DNA of 64,000 bases from an uncultured Spirochaetota bacterium (GTDB lineage: Bacteria; Spirochaetota; Spirochaetia; SZUA-6; Fen-1364): NCBI GenBank assembly GCA_963734545.1, contig CAVTHO010000008.1:768001-832000 (forward strand). The letters are read 5' to 3'. Positions 47,372 to 57,159 of this stretch are shown one piece after another (positions within the stretch are counted from its first letter, which is position 1; each line of letters opens with the position of its first letter). The notes below the pieces were generated by a model, which saw nothing but the letters and a program-made list of their open reading frames with translations, was not told where the DNA came from and did no database searches. The position numbers and the translations under genes are program-made.

Positions 47372-48759
47372 AACGAGACTTTTGCCCCCAGGGTCACGAA
47401 AAACATGTTGTTGCGCAGGGCACCGCTGCTCGTCGGAGAGATCGTGTATTCCGTGTTGTTCGGTCCGAGATACGAGCCGAGCTGCAGGGAAAGCTCGAAA
47501 TTGTTGACAGGGTCATATGCGAGACCGATCATCGCGATGCCGGACAGGTCGGACAGATTGCTCAGTCCGCTCACGCTCAGTGTCATATCGCTGAGGATGA
47601 ACTTGTTCACGGTCACGAAGAGCGCCGCGTAGTATTTCCCGTAGTAACCCGGCTGAAAGTAGCCATTCAGGAACGTGGCGAGCCCTGCGGAACCGAGCTC
47701 CTGGAACATGTGCGCGTCGTATCCGGCGCCGTTGTAGAAGAACTCGACATTCACCGAGATCCGATCCTGCACGTCGAACGCATCGAATGTCCGGGACAGC
47801 CCCACGTCCACCTTCGGAACAACCTGGTTGCGAATGGAGGTGGCGGTCACGCCGTCCACGTCCAGCCTCTTCTGATTGTCTCCCCACGAGAGGCTCGCCT
47901 CAGCCGTGAGATTCATGCTCCAGAAGAACGGTGCCGTCAGGTCGACCCCCCAGACGGGGAGCTTCCCCGACTTGAGCCAGCCGGAAAAGCCGAACTCGTA
48001 TGAGCCGACGAGAAACTCGGTGCGCGCGGCGAACGCGAGGTCGGTGATGTCCTGGATCGCATTGAGGTTGAGGAACGTGTAGAGGTGGAACTCCCGGGCA
48101 AAGACCACGTCGGACCGAAGACCGAAGACCCCTTCGCGCAGAGCGGTAAGGTTGGTGAAGCTCTTGTGCTCGATATTGATCAGGTCCGTGGGATTCCAGA
48201 AGTAGCCCGTTCCCCACTGGAGCACCTGCTTGCCTGCCCGGAAGTACACGGTGTTGGCCGCATTGAAGTCGACGAAGATCTCCTTCACGCCCAGGAGCGT
48301 GGTCTGGTCCTCGGAGAGGACGAACGGCGCAGGCGGCGCCGGCGGCGCAAACAGCGTGAAGTTGTGGATGACCGGTGTGCCGGCAGTCAGGTAGCCCAGA
48401 TTGAGGTCCACGAAGGCCCGAAAGCTCTTCTTCAGCCGCACGTCGACCAGGAAGTCCCCCATCATCACATTGGAAAGGGTGTTGTCGCTTGCGCCGGTAT
48501 TCCCCTGCACGAAATCACGCGTCATGGTGTACGAGCCTGTGGCCTGCAGAATTCCCGAAAGCCCCACCCGCTCCTTCTCGATGTCCTCCACGATGTTCTT
48601 TTTCTCCGCTGTCCCCTGAGTGGCCTCCACCGTGGAGGAGCCGAAGAACTCGTCTTCACCCGCGCTCGCGCCTGCAGGCGCCGCGGTTTCACTCTGGGCA
48701 AAGAGGCCGGGAGAGAGAAGGAGCGCGGCCAGCAGGCCGAGCGTGCAACGTTTCAGCAT
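47368..48759 (-). CDS. Putative outer-membrane beta-barrel protein
   Basis: Signal peptide, RAGKQVLQWGTGYFWNPTD, alternating strands, terminal VTLGAKVSF. Confidence 0.75.
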   Translation of the reverse strand: MLKRCTLGLLAALLLSPGLFAQSETAAPAGASAGEDEFFGSSTVEATQGTAEKKNIVEDIEKERVGLSGILQATGSYTMTRDFVQGNTGASDNTLSNVMMGDFLVDVRLKKSFRAFVDLNLGYLTAGTPVIHNFTLFAPPAPPAPFVLSEDQTTLLGVKEIFVDFNAANTVYFRAGKQVLQWGTGYFWNPTDLINIEHKSFTNLTALREGVFGLRSDVVFAREFHLYTFLNLNAIQDITDLAFAARTEFLVGSYEFGFSGWLKSGKLPVWGVDLTAPFFWSMNLTAEASLSWGDNQKRLDVDGVTATSIRNQVVPKVDVGLSRTFDAFDVQDRISVNVEFFYNGAGYDAHMFQELGSAGLATFLNGYFQPGYYGKYYAALFVTVNKFILSDMTLSVSGLSNLSDLSGIAMIGLAYDPVNNFELSLQLGSYLGPNNTEYTISPTSSGALRNNMFFVTLGAKVSF

Positions 48760-48769
48760 GACAATCCCC

Positions 48770-49543
48770 TTACTTGCTCAGGCTTTCCAGATAGGACTTG
48801 TCGAACTTGTAGTCGTCAACCTTGCTGAAGGAAATGCCGGTGATTTCCAGCAGCGAGGTCTTCCCTTTTTCCACCTCGTCCGTGAATCTCTGCACAAGCG
48901 GAACATAGCGGCCATCGATCTCCTTGTATTGGGCGAAGAGATCCGTTTCCATGAGGGTTCCCGAGAGGGAGTAGGACTCGCGTTTGACCTCCAGGTACTT
49001 GTCCTGCGTCAGCCACATCACCAGCCGGGGGTATTTGACGTCATTGACCTTGGCCGTCACCTCGATCCGGTACACGGGGATCTTGCCGCCGCCGAGCGCC
49101 TGTATGGAAATGATCTCGTTGCCATTGGGGTCTATCGACGGCTTGTACAGCTCCTTGAACTTCCTCGTCTCGAAGTCGCCGGCAGTGGCGTTGGAGCCTC
49201 CGATCTTCTCGTCACGGCCGATGTGGGTGAAGGTGCGCGTGCTCCGCCGATACATCCACATGTTGTCTGCCACGCGCAGGTACCCATTGCCCCTCTCCGT
49301 TTCCGGGTCCGCCATGACGATGAGAAACGCGTCGTCCCGGTCCCGCCTGTACAGCACGCTCTGGATGACCTTGGTCCCCTGGTCGGGATCACGCGTGGTG
49401 ATGTTGGCCTGCGCGGTCATGTCGCTGCGGATCTCGTAGTTGGTATCGATGTAGTCGATGATCTGCTGGACAGACGGGGTTGCCCAGAGCGCCGGAGCCA
49501 GCAGGAGGAGGGCCAGGGCAGCCCCGAGGATACTCAGTTTCAT
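48770..49543 (-). CDS. Outer membrane lipoprotein-sorting (LolA-like) periplasmic protein
   Basis: Signal peptide, P...G.GYL....NMWMY, Y.RLVMW, FDKSYL; typical context after FtsX-like permeases. Confidence 0.8.
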   Translation of the reverse strand: MKLSILGAALALLLLAPALWATPSVQQIIDYIDTNYEIRSDMTAQANITTRDPDQGTKVIQSVLYRRDRDDAFLIVMADPETERGNGYLRVADNMWMYRRSTRTFTHIGRDEKIGGSNATAGDFETRKFKELYKPSIDPNGNEIISIQALGGGKIPVYRIEVTAKVNDVKYPRLVMWLTQDKYLEVKRESYSLSGTLMETDLFAQYKEIDGRYVPLVQRFTDEVEKGKTSLLEITGISFSKVDDYKFDKSYLESLSK

Positions 49544-49552
49544 GTCAGTCTC

Positions 49553-51334
49553 CTATTCAAAGTGCCGCAGCGCGTCCGCCACCCGGAGCTTCGATGCGCG
49601 GCGCGCGGTAAAGAACGCGATCAGGAAGGACACGATCACGATGATGAGGAAATTGCCGACCAGAGCCCCGACGGTCGGAACAAAGTACAGGTGCCTGTTC
49701 ACGAAGAACATGCTGAACGGGTTGTCCTTGAGGTCGAACGTGAGCGCGCCGAGCAGGGCCATGAGCCCGTAGGACAGCCCGATGCCCACGATGCACGCGA
49801 ACACGGCAAGAAAGACGATTTCCATGACAAAGACGGAACGGACATCGGACCGCTGCATGCCGATTGCCCGGTTGGTGCCGATCTCCCGGGTGCGCTCGCG
49901 GATGCTCATCCTCATGGTGTTCACGACCCCTATCAGGATCACGAAGAAGAGGATCAGGACGGCGACGATGGAGATCGTGTTCAGACCTCTCTGCAGATCG
50001 ACCACCATGCTGGCATTCTCGAACATGGTCTGGACGTCCACGCGCGACCCTTTCCACGCATCCCTGTTGAGGAGCCGCAGCTTCTGGGTCGCCTCGTCCG
50101 TCGTCTTGCTTCGCGCCAGCATCTCCCATTCAGGCAACAGGGCCTTGAAGAGAGGCGTGCCCTCGGCCGCCTTGGCGGGCTTCTTGGGGATGTTCCAGAA
50201 GTAGTTCTTGTAGAACGAGTCTTCATGCGCGAATGCGGTGGCATCGGCAAACGGTGTCACGGTTTTCACAATGCCCGTCACGACAAACTGCGCGTCGATA
50301 GGATCAGCGGCATCGAGGGAGACATAGCGATAGTCGATCCGGGTGCCGACATCCGCTCCAAGAGACCGGGCCAGGGGCTGTGTGAGAATGATTCCGGTCT
50401 TGTCCTTCAGGAGGTCCCTGATGTCGCCCTTCACGAACTTGAGATTGTCACGGGCAATGGCCAGGGCGTCGGGGCTGGTCTCCAGCCGCAGCGCAAACAC
50501 GTCGGCATTGGCCTGCCGCCCCTGCGCGCGAAGAACCGCCTTGACCCCGGCAGCTCCGGGGGCAAGCGCCTCCTGCAGCTTGTTGGCCTGCGCGATCACC
50601 TTCTGGGCATCCTGGGGATATTTCGTCACGATCTGGAGCCCGAGCGATTCGTTGGGCTTCATGTTGAGCTGTGCGCGGAGAGTATCCTGGTCCACGAAGG
50701 CAGCCATGTCCATGAACATGTTGGACGAGGGGATGAGCCCGACGACCTTGTACTTGGGCGCCTGCGCCTGTCCATAGACCGTCTGGAACCGCACGGTGAC
50801 AATGTCGTTCATCCCGACGTTCAGCTCGTTCGCCGCGTTCTTGTACAGCAATATGCCGGGAAAGACGTCCGGTTTGTAAATATCGCGCGGATGGCCGGAC
50901 TCAACTTGCGTATCGTCGTAGAATTCGGCGTTCCGGCTCATGCCCACAAGGGCCACGAGACCGGTCTTCCCGTTTCCGACTATCCGGCCGAACGCGCTCA
51001 CGTCCTGATCGATTGATTTGATCCCGTCCACGTTCTCCTTGATGGTCTTGATGAACCGATCAGTGTCCCTGATTACGTCGCTGCGCCGCGTGGTGTAGGT
51101 ATCCTGGATCACCTTGATGTGTCCGCTCATGTACACGAGCATCTTGTTGAAGAGGATGTCGGTGAGACCGCTCGTGAACGAGGAGGTGACCACCAGAATG
51201 CACATGCCGACGGCGATGCCCGCGGAGAGCAGCACGTTGCGCCGGAACTGCCGGACGAGATTGCGGAAAGCGATCTTGGAGACGACGCGCGCGCTTCGCA
51301 TTCGCGTCATGAAAAACCGTGCTATGCGTTTCAT
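49553..51334 (-). CDS. FtsX/LolE-like ABC permease with enlarged periplasmic region
   Basis: IAFRNL.R..RR, NTMRMSIRERTREIGT.RAIG, ADALR. Confidence 0.9.
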   Translation of the reverse strand: MKRIARFFMTRMRSARVVSKIAFRNLVRQFRRNVLLSAGIAVGMCILVVTSSFTSGLTDILFNKMLVYMSGHIKVIQDTYTTRRSDVIRDTDRFIKTIKENVDGIKSIDQDVSAFGRIVGNGKTGLVALVGMSRNAEFYDDTQVESGHPRDIYKPDVFPGILLYKNAANELNVGMNDIVTVRFQTVYGQAQAPKYKVVGLIPSSNMFMDMAAFVDQDTLRAQLNMKPNESLGLQIVTKYPQDAQKVIAQANKLQEALAPGAAGVKAVLRAQGRQANADVFALRLETSPDALAIARDNLKFVKGDIRDLLKDKTGIILTQPLARSLGADVGTRIDYRYVSLDAADPIDAQFVVTGIVKTVTPFADATAFAHEDSFYKNYFWNIPKKPAKAAEGTPLFKALLPEWEMLARSKTTDEATQKLRLLNRDAWKGSRVDVQTMFENASMVVDLQRGLNTISIVAVLILFFVILIGVVNTMRMSIRERTREIGTNRAIGMQRSDVRSVFVMEIVFLAVFACIVGIGLSYGLMALLGALTFDLKDNPFSMFFVNRHLYFVPTVGALVGNFLIIVIVSFLIAFFTARRASKLRVADALRHFE

Positions 51335-51348
51335 TTCAGTTCCCTCGA

Positions 51349-52863
51349 TTAGTGCCGGTTGATTGCGTCCAGCGGCGTGATTTTCCGCGCCACCATGACC
51401 GGGTAGACAACCGCGAGCACCGTGACAATGGCCAGCCCGATGATGCCCGTCACCAGCCCGGCAAAACCCAGCGTGGGCTGGAAGACCTCGCCACCGAACA
51501 GGAGCTCGAAGATCTCGTTTCCCCCCGAGGCGATGCGGAGGGGCCGGATGATCCACGTGACGATGACGCCGACGAGGATGCCGATGCCGCCGAAGATGAA
51601 CGAGAGGGAGAAGGTCTCCGCCAGGAACATCCTGGTGATGAAGCTCTTGCGCGCGCCCACGGCGCGCATCATGCCGAACTCCTCCGTCCTTTCCAGGGCG
51701 TTCATGCTCAGCGTGTTCATGATGATGATGATGGCAACGAAGAAGAGCAGGAGCACGAATACGATGATGATCATCTGCAGGATGTCGGAGATCTGCGCCA
51801 CCTGTCCGGATGCCTTCTTCCAGCTCAGCACCTTCACCGGCAGGTTATTCTCCTTGGCCAGGCTCTTCATCTTCGCCACGGACGCGTTCAGGTCCTCGCC
51901 CGGCTTCAGGAGGATGGTGACGTAGTTGTACGCCGCGTTGTCGAAGTCGATCACCCGCGTGACGGTCGGCTCCGTCTTGATCCTTTTCTCCAGCTCGGCC
52001 ACGGACGTGCCGCTTGTCCCGGCGGAGAAGATGTCGCCGCCGCCGAAGAGCGCGTCCTCGTCGGCGCTCATCAGCGCCTCCTGCTTCGGGGGGAGCTTCT
52101 GGACGATGTCCCGCGCCGTGTAATATCCGAAGATCTCCCGGTAGGTCTCGATGTCCATGAAGCTGACTTCCTGCATGAGGGAGTTGAGCGACCTGAATCG
52201 AACGACACCCTTTACCGGGACGTCCTTGTTTGTCGAGTTCTGCTCTCCGAAGCCTTCCAGCGCCAGGGAGCGCCTGACGGCAAGCCTGTCCTCCTCCTTC
52301 TTGGCCTCGTCCGTGAGATTGTCCCTGTTGATCCCCGCACCCTCCGGGACGAGCCAGTACCCCTGGATCTTGTAGCGGTTCTTCCTCCCGTCCACGTTCA
52401 GAAGGATGCCATGGTCCCCATTCTTCAGCACCTTTCCCTCTATGGCCGTGACCGGATTCCCGAACACCCTCTGAAACTCGTCGAAGTTGCAGCCGAAGGT
52501 GAGCATGAAGTCCATCTCCTGGCCGCCCAGGACGGCCACCCCGCCCCGGGTCATGGGAAGGTAGCCCTGGATGAAATCCTGCCTGTCCAGGACGGAACGG
52601 ATCCTGTCGTAGTCCTTCAGGATCTTCAGCGGCTTGGCCAGCGGCGTAAACAGGACATTGTCCTTTGGCTCCTCGTCGGAGACGAGAATGATGTGCCCGG
52701 TAAAGCTCCTGACCATGTTCTGCTCGACTCCGCGCTGCATGCCGATGGCCGTGGCATTGCCCAGCGTCATGATGAGCGCGCCGAGGAACAGGATGGTCCC
52801 GATGATGATGCTCTTGGCCTTGTGCCGGAGGAGGCTCCTCCAGGCAATTTTCAGGATAAACAT
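51349..52863 (-). CDS. FtsX/LolE-like ABC permease
   Basis: IAWRSLLRH, NTLSMNALERTEEFGMMRAVG, ITPLDAI. Confidence 0.9.
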   Translation of the reverse strand: MFILKIAWRSLLRHKAKSIIIGTILFLGALIMTLGNATAIGMQRGVEQNMVRSFTGHIILVSDEEPKDNVLFTPLAKPLKILKDYDRIRSVLDRQDFIQGYLPMTRGGVAVLGGQEMDFMLTFGCNFDEFQRVFGNPVTAIEGKVLKNGDHGILLNVDGRKNRYKIQGYWLVPEGAGINRDNLTDEAKKEEDRLAVRRSLALEGFGEQNSTNKDVPVKGVVRFRSLNSLMQEVSFMDIETYREIFGYYTARDIVQKLPPKQEALMSADEDALFGGGDIFSAGTSGTSVAELEKRIKTEPTVTRVIDFDNAAYNYVTILLKPGEDLNASVAKMKSLAKENNLPVKVLSWKKASGQVAQISDILQMIIIVFVLLLFFVAIIIIMNTLSMNALERTEEFGMMRAVGARKSFITRMFLAETFSLSFIFGGIGILVGVIVTWIIRPLRIASGGNEIFELLFGGEVFQPTLGFAGLVTGIIGLAIVTVLAVVYPVMVARKITPLDAINRH

Positions 52864-52872
52864 GATCCGCCC

Positions 52873-53553
52873 CTAGTTCGCCATGAGCCCGTCTTTGATC
52901 TTCAAGACGCCGTTGGCGTACTTGAGGATGTCCGGATCGTGCGTGGAGAAGATGAATGTGGTCTTTTCGAGGACATTCAGCTCTTTCATGAGCTTCAGGA
53001 TCATGTCACCTGTTTCCGAATCGAGGTTGGCGGTCGGCTCATCCGCGAGCACGATTGCCGGACGGGTGACGAGCGCGCGCGCAATGGCCACGCGCTGGCG
53101 CTGGCCGCCGGAGAGCTCGTACGGCTTGTGGTTGATCTGGTCCTTGAGCCCCACCTCTTCGATGAGCTTCTCCGCGCGCTCGCGGATCTCTCTCTTCCTG
53201 ATGCTTTCCCTCTTCATGAGGAGAAGGGGAAACTCCACGTTTTCACGCGTGGTGAGCACGGGGATGAGGTTGAATGTCTGGAAGATGAACCCGATGGTGT
53301 GCAGGCGCAGGTCGGTGAGCTCGCGGTCGGAGTGCGTGGTGATGTCCTTCTCATGGATCTTCACCACCCCTTCGGTGGCAGAGTCGATGCACCCGATTAT
53401 ATTGAGAAGGGTGGTCTTGCCGCTCCCCGACGGGCCGACAATGGAAATAAAATCCCCCTCCCGGATGGCCAGATCGACGCCGCGCAGGGCGTGGACCGTC
53501 GTCGCACCCAGTGGGTAGTCCTTCTTCACAGCCTTCAGCTCGATCACGTTCAT
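52873..53553 (-). CDS. ABC transporter ATP-binding protein (LolD/MacB type)
   Basis: GPSGSGKT, LSGGQRQRVAIARAL, ADEPTANLD, STHD. Confidence 0.93.
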   Translation of the reverse strand: MNVIELKAVKKDYPLGATTVHALRGVDLAIREGDFISIVGPSGSGKTTLLNIIGCIDSATEGVVKIHEKDITTHSDRELTDLRLHTIGFIFQTFNLIPVLTTRENVEFPLLLMKRESIRKREIRERAEKLIEEVGLKDQINHKPYELSGGQRQRVAIARALVTRPAIVLADEPTANLDSETGDMILKLMKELNVLEKTTFIFSTHDPDILKYANGVLKIKDGLMAN

Positions 53554-53871
53554 GATGCGCACTCCTTCCCGTTCTTTACCAATGAAACGAGGTCAATGAG
53601 CACTTATTGCATTGTTCTGTCAATAATATAAAGGGCAATCTGAGCATTCAACACCGCTCGCGCCCGATTGGGCGCCAGTTTTCCGGCTTTTTCTAGAACC
53701 GATACCCGGCGGCGGACGCCCGGGGAATCAGGGCAAGGATCGTCCGACCTGTACTTTGTTCCACCCTTATTAATGGTCAGTGCGCCGAATCATTAATAAG
53801 GCCGGGCAATGGCCCAGTGCGGCGCATACCTCTCGGCGTTTTCGCTGGGCGCCCGCCGCGGTGCGCTCGTG

Positions 53872-55089
53872 CTACCCCGCCGATTCCAGTCTCTTCACCA
53901 GCTCCGGAACCACTTTGAACAGGTCTCCCACGATCCCGAAATGAGCCACGTCGAAGATCGGCGCATTGGGGTCTGAGTTGATGGCAACGATCATGTCGGC
54001 GCCTTTCATGCCGGCCAGGTGCTGAATTGCTCCGCTGATGCCGCAGGCGATATAGACCTTCGGCTTCACGGTCTTCCCTGTCTGGCCCACCTGGTGGGAA
54101 TAGGGGATCCAGCCCGCGTCCACCGCTGCGCGGGACGCGCCCACGGCCCCGCCCGTTGCCAGGGCGAGCTTCTCGATGAGCGCGAAGTTCTTCGGGTCCT
54201 TGATGCCGCGGCCGCCCGACACGATCACGTCCGCTTCCACGAGGTTCACCGTGGCCGATTTCTCCTCCACGAACTCCAGGAACTCGAGCTTCGTTGCAGG
54301 AACGGGAATGTGGTTGAGCTCGATCACCTTGCCCTGCGGGTTGGAAACCTTTTCCGCGGGTGTCATCACCTTGTGGCGCACCGTGGCCATCTGGGGCCTG
54401 TGGTTCTGCGTGAGGATCGTGGCCATGATGTTGCCGCCGAATGCGGGCCGGGTCTGGCGCAGGAGCATGGTGGCCGGGTCGATGCTGAGCTCCGTGCAGT
54501 CCGCCGTGAGACCGGTGAGTATCTTTGCCGCCACCCGGGGCAGGAGGGAACGGCCCACCACCGTGCCGCCGCCGAGGAAGATCTCGGGCTTTTTCTCCAT
54601 GAGGATCTCGGACACCAGCTCCGCGTGGACGTCCTCATCGAAATCTCCGATGCCGGGGTTGTCGATCATCCACACCTCGTCGACGCCGTAGGACAGGAGC
54701 TCATCGGTGAACTTCCTCACCCCGTTTCCCACCAGAATGGCGCACACCGGGGCAGAGAGCTCCTTCTGCAGCTCGCGCGCCACGCCGATGATCTCCGGCA
54801 CCACGCTGCCCAGCTTTCCGCGCCGGTGCTCGGCCAGGATCGCGATACCGGAATACTTCTTTATGTCCTGGCCCTTGAACGTCCGGCGCGTGATGACGAT
54901 GGCCTGGTAGCGCTTGCATGCCTCCACGCAGGCGCCGCAGAGCGTGCAGACACCCAGGTCGATGACGGCGGACGGCTTGTCCAGCTTCGCGCCCACCGGG
55001 CCCGAGAGCGCAATTGCGTCGTAGGGGCATGACTTCACGCAAAGACCGCAGCCGACGCAGTTCTGAACGATGACGCGGATCGGGTCCAT
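53872..55089 (-). CDS. etfA: Electron transfer flavoprotein alpha subunit with N-terminal 2x[4Fe-4S] ferredoxin domain
   Basis: CVGCGLC..SCP, CTLCGAC..AC, GLTADCT, RPAFGGN, QVGQTGK, GISGAIQH. Confidence 0.93.
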   Translation of the reverse strand: MDPIRVIVQNCVGCGLCVKSCPYDAIALSGPVGAKLDKPSAVIDLGVCTLCGACVEACKRYQAIVITRRTFKGQDIKKYSGIAILAEHRRGKLGSVVPEIIGVARELQKELSAPVCAILVGNGVRKFTDELLSYGVDEVWMIDNPGIGDFDEDVHAELVSEILMEKKPEIFLGGGTVVGRSLLPRVAAKILTGLTADCTELSIDPATMLLRQTRPAFGGNIMATILTQNHRPQMATVRHKVMTPAEKVSNPQGKVIELNHIPVPATKLEFLEFVEEKSATVNLVEADVIVSGGRGIKDPKNFALIEKLALATGGAVGASRAAVDAGWIPYSHQVGQTGKTVKPKVYIACGISGAIQHLAGMKGADMIVAINSDPNAPIFDVAHFGIVGDLFKVVPELVKRLESAG

Positions 55090-55099
55090 GTGCGTATCC

Positions 55100-55897
55100 T
55101 TATTTCTTCCGAATGGTGATGCCGGCCGCGGCAAGCTCCGCGAGCAGGGCGCCCACTGTTTCAGCCGGTTCTCCCGTGAACTTCTTGCCCCCGGAAGGCT
55201 TGGGCGGAGTGAAGATCTTCATGACCTGCGTGGGTGAGCCGTTGAGGCCAAGCCTCTCCGTGTCCGCGCCGATGTCGGCGGCCTTCAGCACCGGGATCTC
55301 CGCCTTCTTCGCCGCCATCTTGCCTTTCAGCGACGGCAGGCGGGGAATATTGATCTCTTTCACGACGGTCAGCACGACCGGGAGCCGGGCGGCCAGACGG
55401 GCGTACCCCTCTTCCAGCAGCCGCTCGACGACAATGCGTCCGTCGACGATCTCCTCGATCTTCCTGATATCGGTGACATGGGAGATGCCCAGGTTTTCCG
55501 CGACGCCCGGGCCCACCTGTCCCGTGTCGCCGTCGATTGCCTGCCGGCCCATGAGGATGATGTCAGCGCCGCCGAGCTTTCTCACCGCGCAGGCCAGCGC
55601 GTACGCGGTTGCCAGGGTGTCCGCGCCGGCGAACGCCCTGTCGGAAACCAGACGGGCATCGTCCGCCCCGAGGCTGATGGACTCCCGAAGCGCTTCCACC
55701 GCCTGGGGCGGTCCCATCGTGATCACCGTGACGGTGCCGCCGTGCTTCTCCCGGAGGCGTACGGCCTCCTCGATTGCGTAGACGTCGAAAGGATTGATGA
55801 TGGACTGCACGCCCTCCCTCACCAGGGTGTTGGTCTCGGGGTTGATGCGCACATTGGTGGTATCAGGCACCTGCTTTATGCAGACGATGACCTTCAT
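55100..55897 (-). CDS. etfB: Electron transfer flavoprotein beta subunit
   Basis: CIKQVPD, NPFD, SDRAFAGADTLAT, DGDTGQVGP, GSPT. Confidence 0.95.
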   Translation of the reverse strand: MKVIVCIKQVPDTTNVRINPETNTLVREGVQSIINPFDVYAIEEAVRLREKHGGTVTVITMGPPQAVEALRESISLGADDARLVSDRAFAGADTLATAYALACAVRKLGGADIILMGRQAIDGDTGQVGPGVAENLGISHVTDIRKIEEIVDGRIVVERLLEEGYARLAARLPVVLTVVKEINIPRLPSLKGKMAAKKAEIPVLKAADIGADTERLGLNGSPTQVMKIFTPPKPSGGKKFTGEPAETVGALLAELAAAGITIRKK

Positions 55898-55906
55898 GGC
55901 AGCTCC

Positions 55907-57067
55907 CTAGACTTTCGCGCGCACGCTCTCCTTGATGAGCCCGAGAGCGATCACCTCGCGCTGGATCTGGTTCGTGCCTTCGTAGATCTGCGTGATCTTT
56001 GCGTCCCGCATCATCTTTTCGACCGGGTACTCCTTCATGTAGCCGTACCCGCCGCAGATCTGCACGGCATCCGTGGTGACTTTCATCGCGGTATCGGAGG
56101 CGAACACCTTGGCCATTGCGGAGAGACGCGACACGTCCTTCTCCCCGGCGTCGATGCTGCGCGCCGCCGCGTAGCACAGCGCCCGCGCGGCCTCCACCTG
56201 CGTGGCCATGTCGGCCATCATGAACTGTACCCCCTGGAAGGAGGAGATCGGCTTGCCGAACTGCTTGCGCTCCCGGGAGTAGGCAAGGGCGTAATCCAGG
56301 GCACCCTGGGCAATGCCCAGCGCCTGGGAGGCCACGCCGGGCCGTGACTGGTCGAGGGTCTTCATGGCCACGAGAAAGCCCATGCCCTCCTTTGCAAGGA
56401 GGTTCGTTTTCGGGACCCTGCAATCCTGGAACACGAGCTCCCGGGTGGCGGATGCGCGGATGCCCATCTTGTTCTCCTTCTTTCCGAAGGTGAAACCGGG
56501 ATGGTCTTTTTCCACGAGAACGGTGGAGGAGCCGCGCACGCCCCTGGCCGGATCGGTAAGGGCGACGACCGTGTAAATCGAAGCCTCCCCTCCATTCGTG
56601 ATCCACTGCTTGGTGCCATTGATCACATACGAATCCCCGTCCGGCTTCGCCGTGGTCTTGATGGCGGCGGCGTCACTGCCGGCGCCCGCCTCGGTGAGCC
56701 CGAAAGCGGCAAGGATCTCTCCGGCGGCAAGGCGCGGAAGGTACTTCTTCTTCTGCTCGTCGCTGCCGAACAGGATGATCGGGATGGTGCCCAGGCCCGA
56801 AGCGGCATACGACAGCGCGATTCCGCTGCACACCTTGGAAAGCTCCTCAACTACGAGGCACATCTCGAACATGCCTCCGCCCAGGCCGTCGTACTCGGAA
56901 GGGACGAAGACCCGGAAGAGATCGGCCTTGGCAAGTGTCTGCACGACCTCCCAGGGGAACTCGCCGGTCTCGTCCAGCTCTGCCCTGATCGGCAAAAGCT
57001 TCTCGCGCGCTACTTGCGCGGCCAGGTCTTTGATCATTTTCTGGTCTTCGGTCAGGAAGTAGTTCAT
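55907..57067 (-). CDS. Acyl-CoA dehydrogenase (butyryl-CoA dehydrogenase-like)
   Basis: FGLTEAGAGSD, GTKQWITNG, KMGIRAS, RKQFGKPI, GGYGY, IYEGTNQIQ. Confidence 0.93.
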   Translation of the reverse strand: MNYFLTEDQKMIKDLAAQVAREKLLPIRAELDETGEFPWEVVQTLAKADLFRVFVPSEYDGLGGGMFEMCLVVEELSKVCSGIALSYAASGLGTIPIILFGSDEQKKKYLPRLAAGEILAAFGLTEAGAGSDAAAIKTTAKPDGDSYVINGTKQWITNGGEASIYTVVALTDPARGVRGSSTVLVEKDHPGFTFGKKENKMGIRASATRELVFQDCRVPKTNLLAKEGMGFLVAMKTLDQSRPGVASQALGIAQGALDYALAYSRERKQFGKPISSFQGVQFMMADMATQVEAARALCYAAARSIDAGEKDVSRLSAMAKVFASDTAMKVTTDAVQICGGYGYMKEYPVEKMMRDAKITQIYEGTNQIQREVIALGLIKESVRAKV

Positions 57068-57159
57068 GGCTACCCCTCCTCTTTGGATCCCTTGTCAGGC
57101 TTCAATAGATTGGTGACTAAAAAGGTATGATATACAGTGGACCATAGGGGCTGGTCGCG

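Noticed and set aside
48620-53631. Very long plus-strand ORFs (798 and 770 aa) and similar antisense ORFs across the window
   Set aside because: They mirror real minus-strand genes, have no motifs, and are expected from stop-codon scarcity in high-GC3 DNA.
53765-53801. dif/Xer site
   Set aside because: The spacer (11-15 nt) and arms do not fit the 11-6-11 dif layout.
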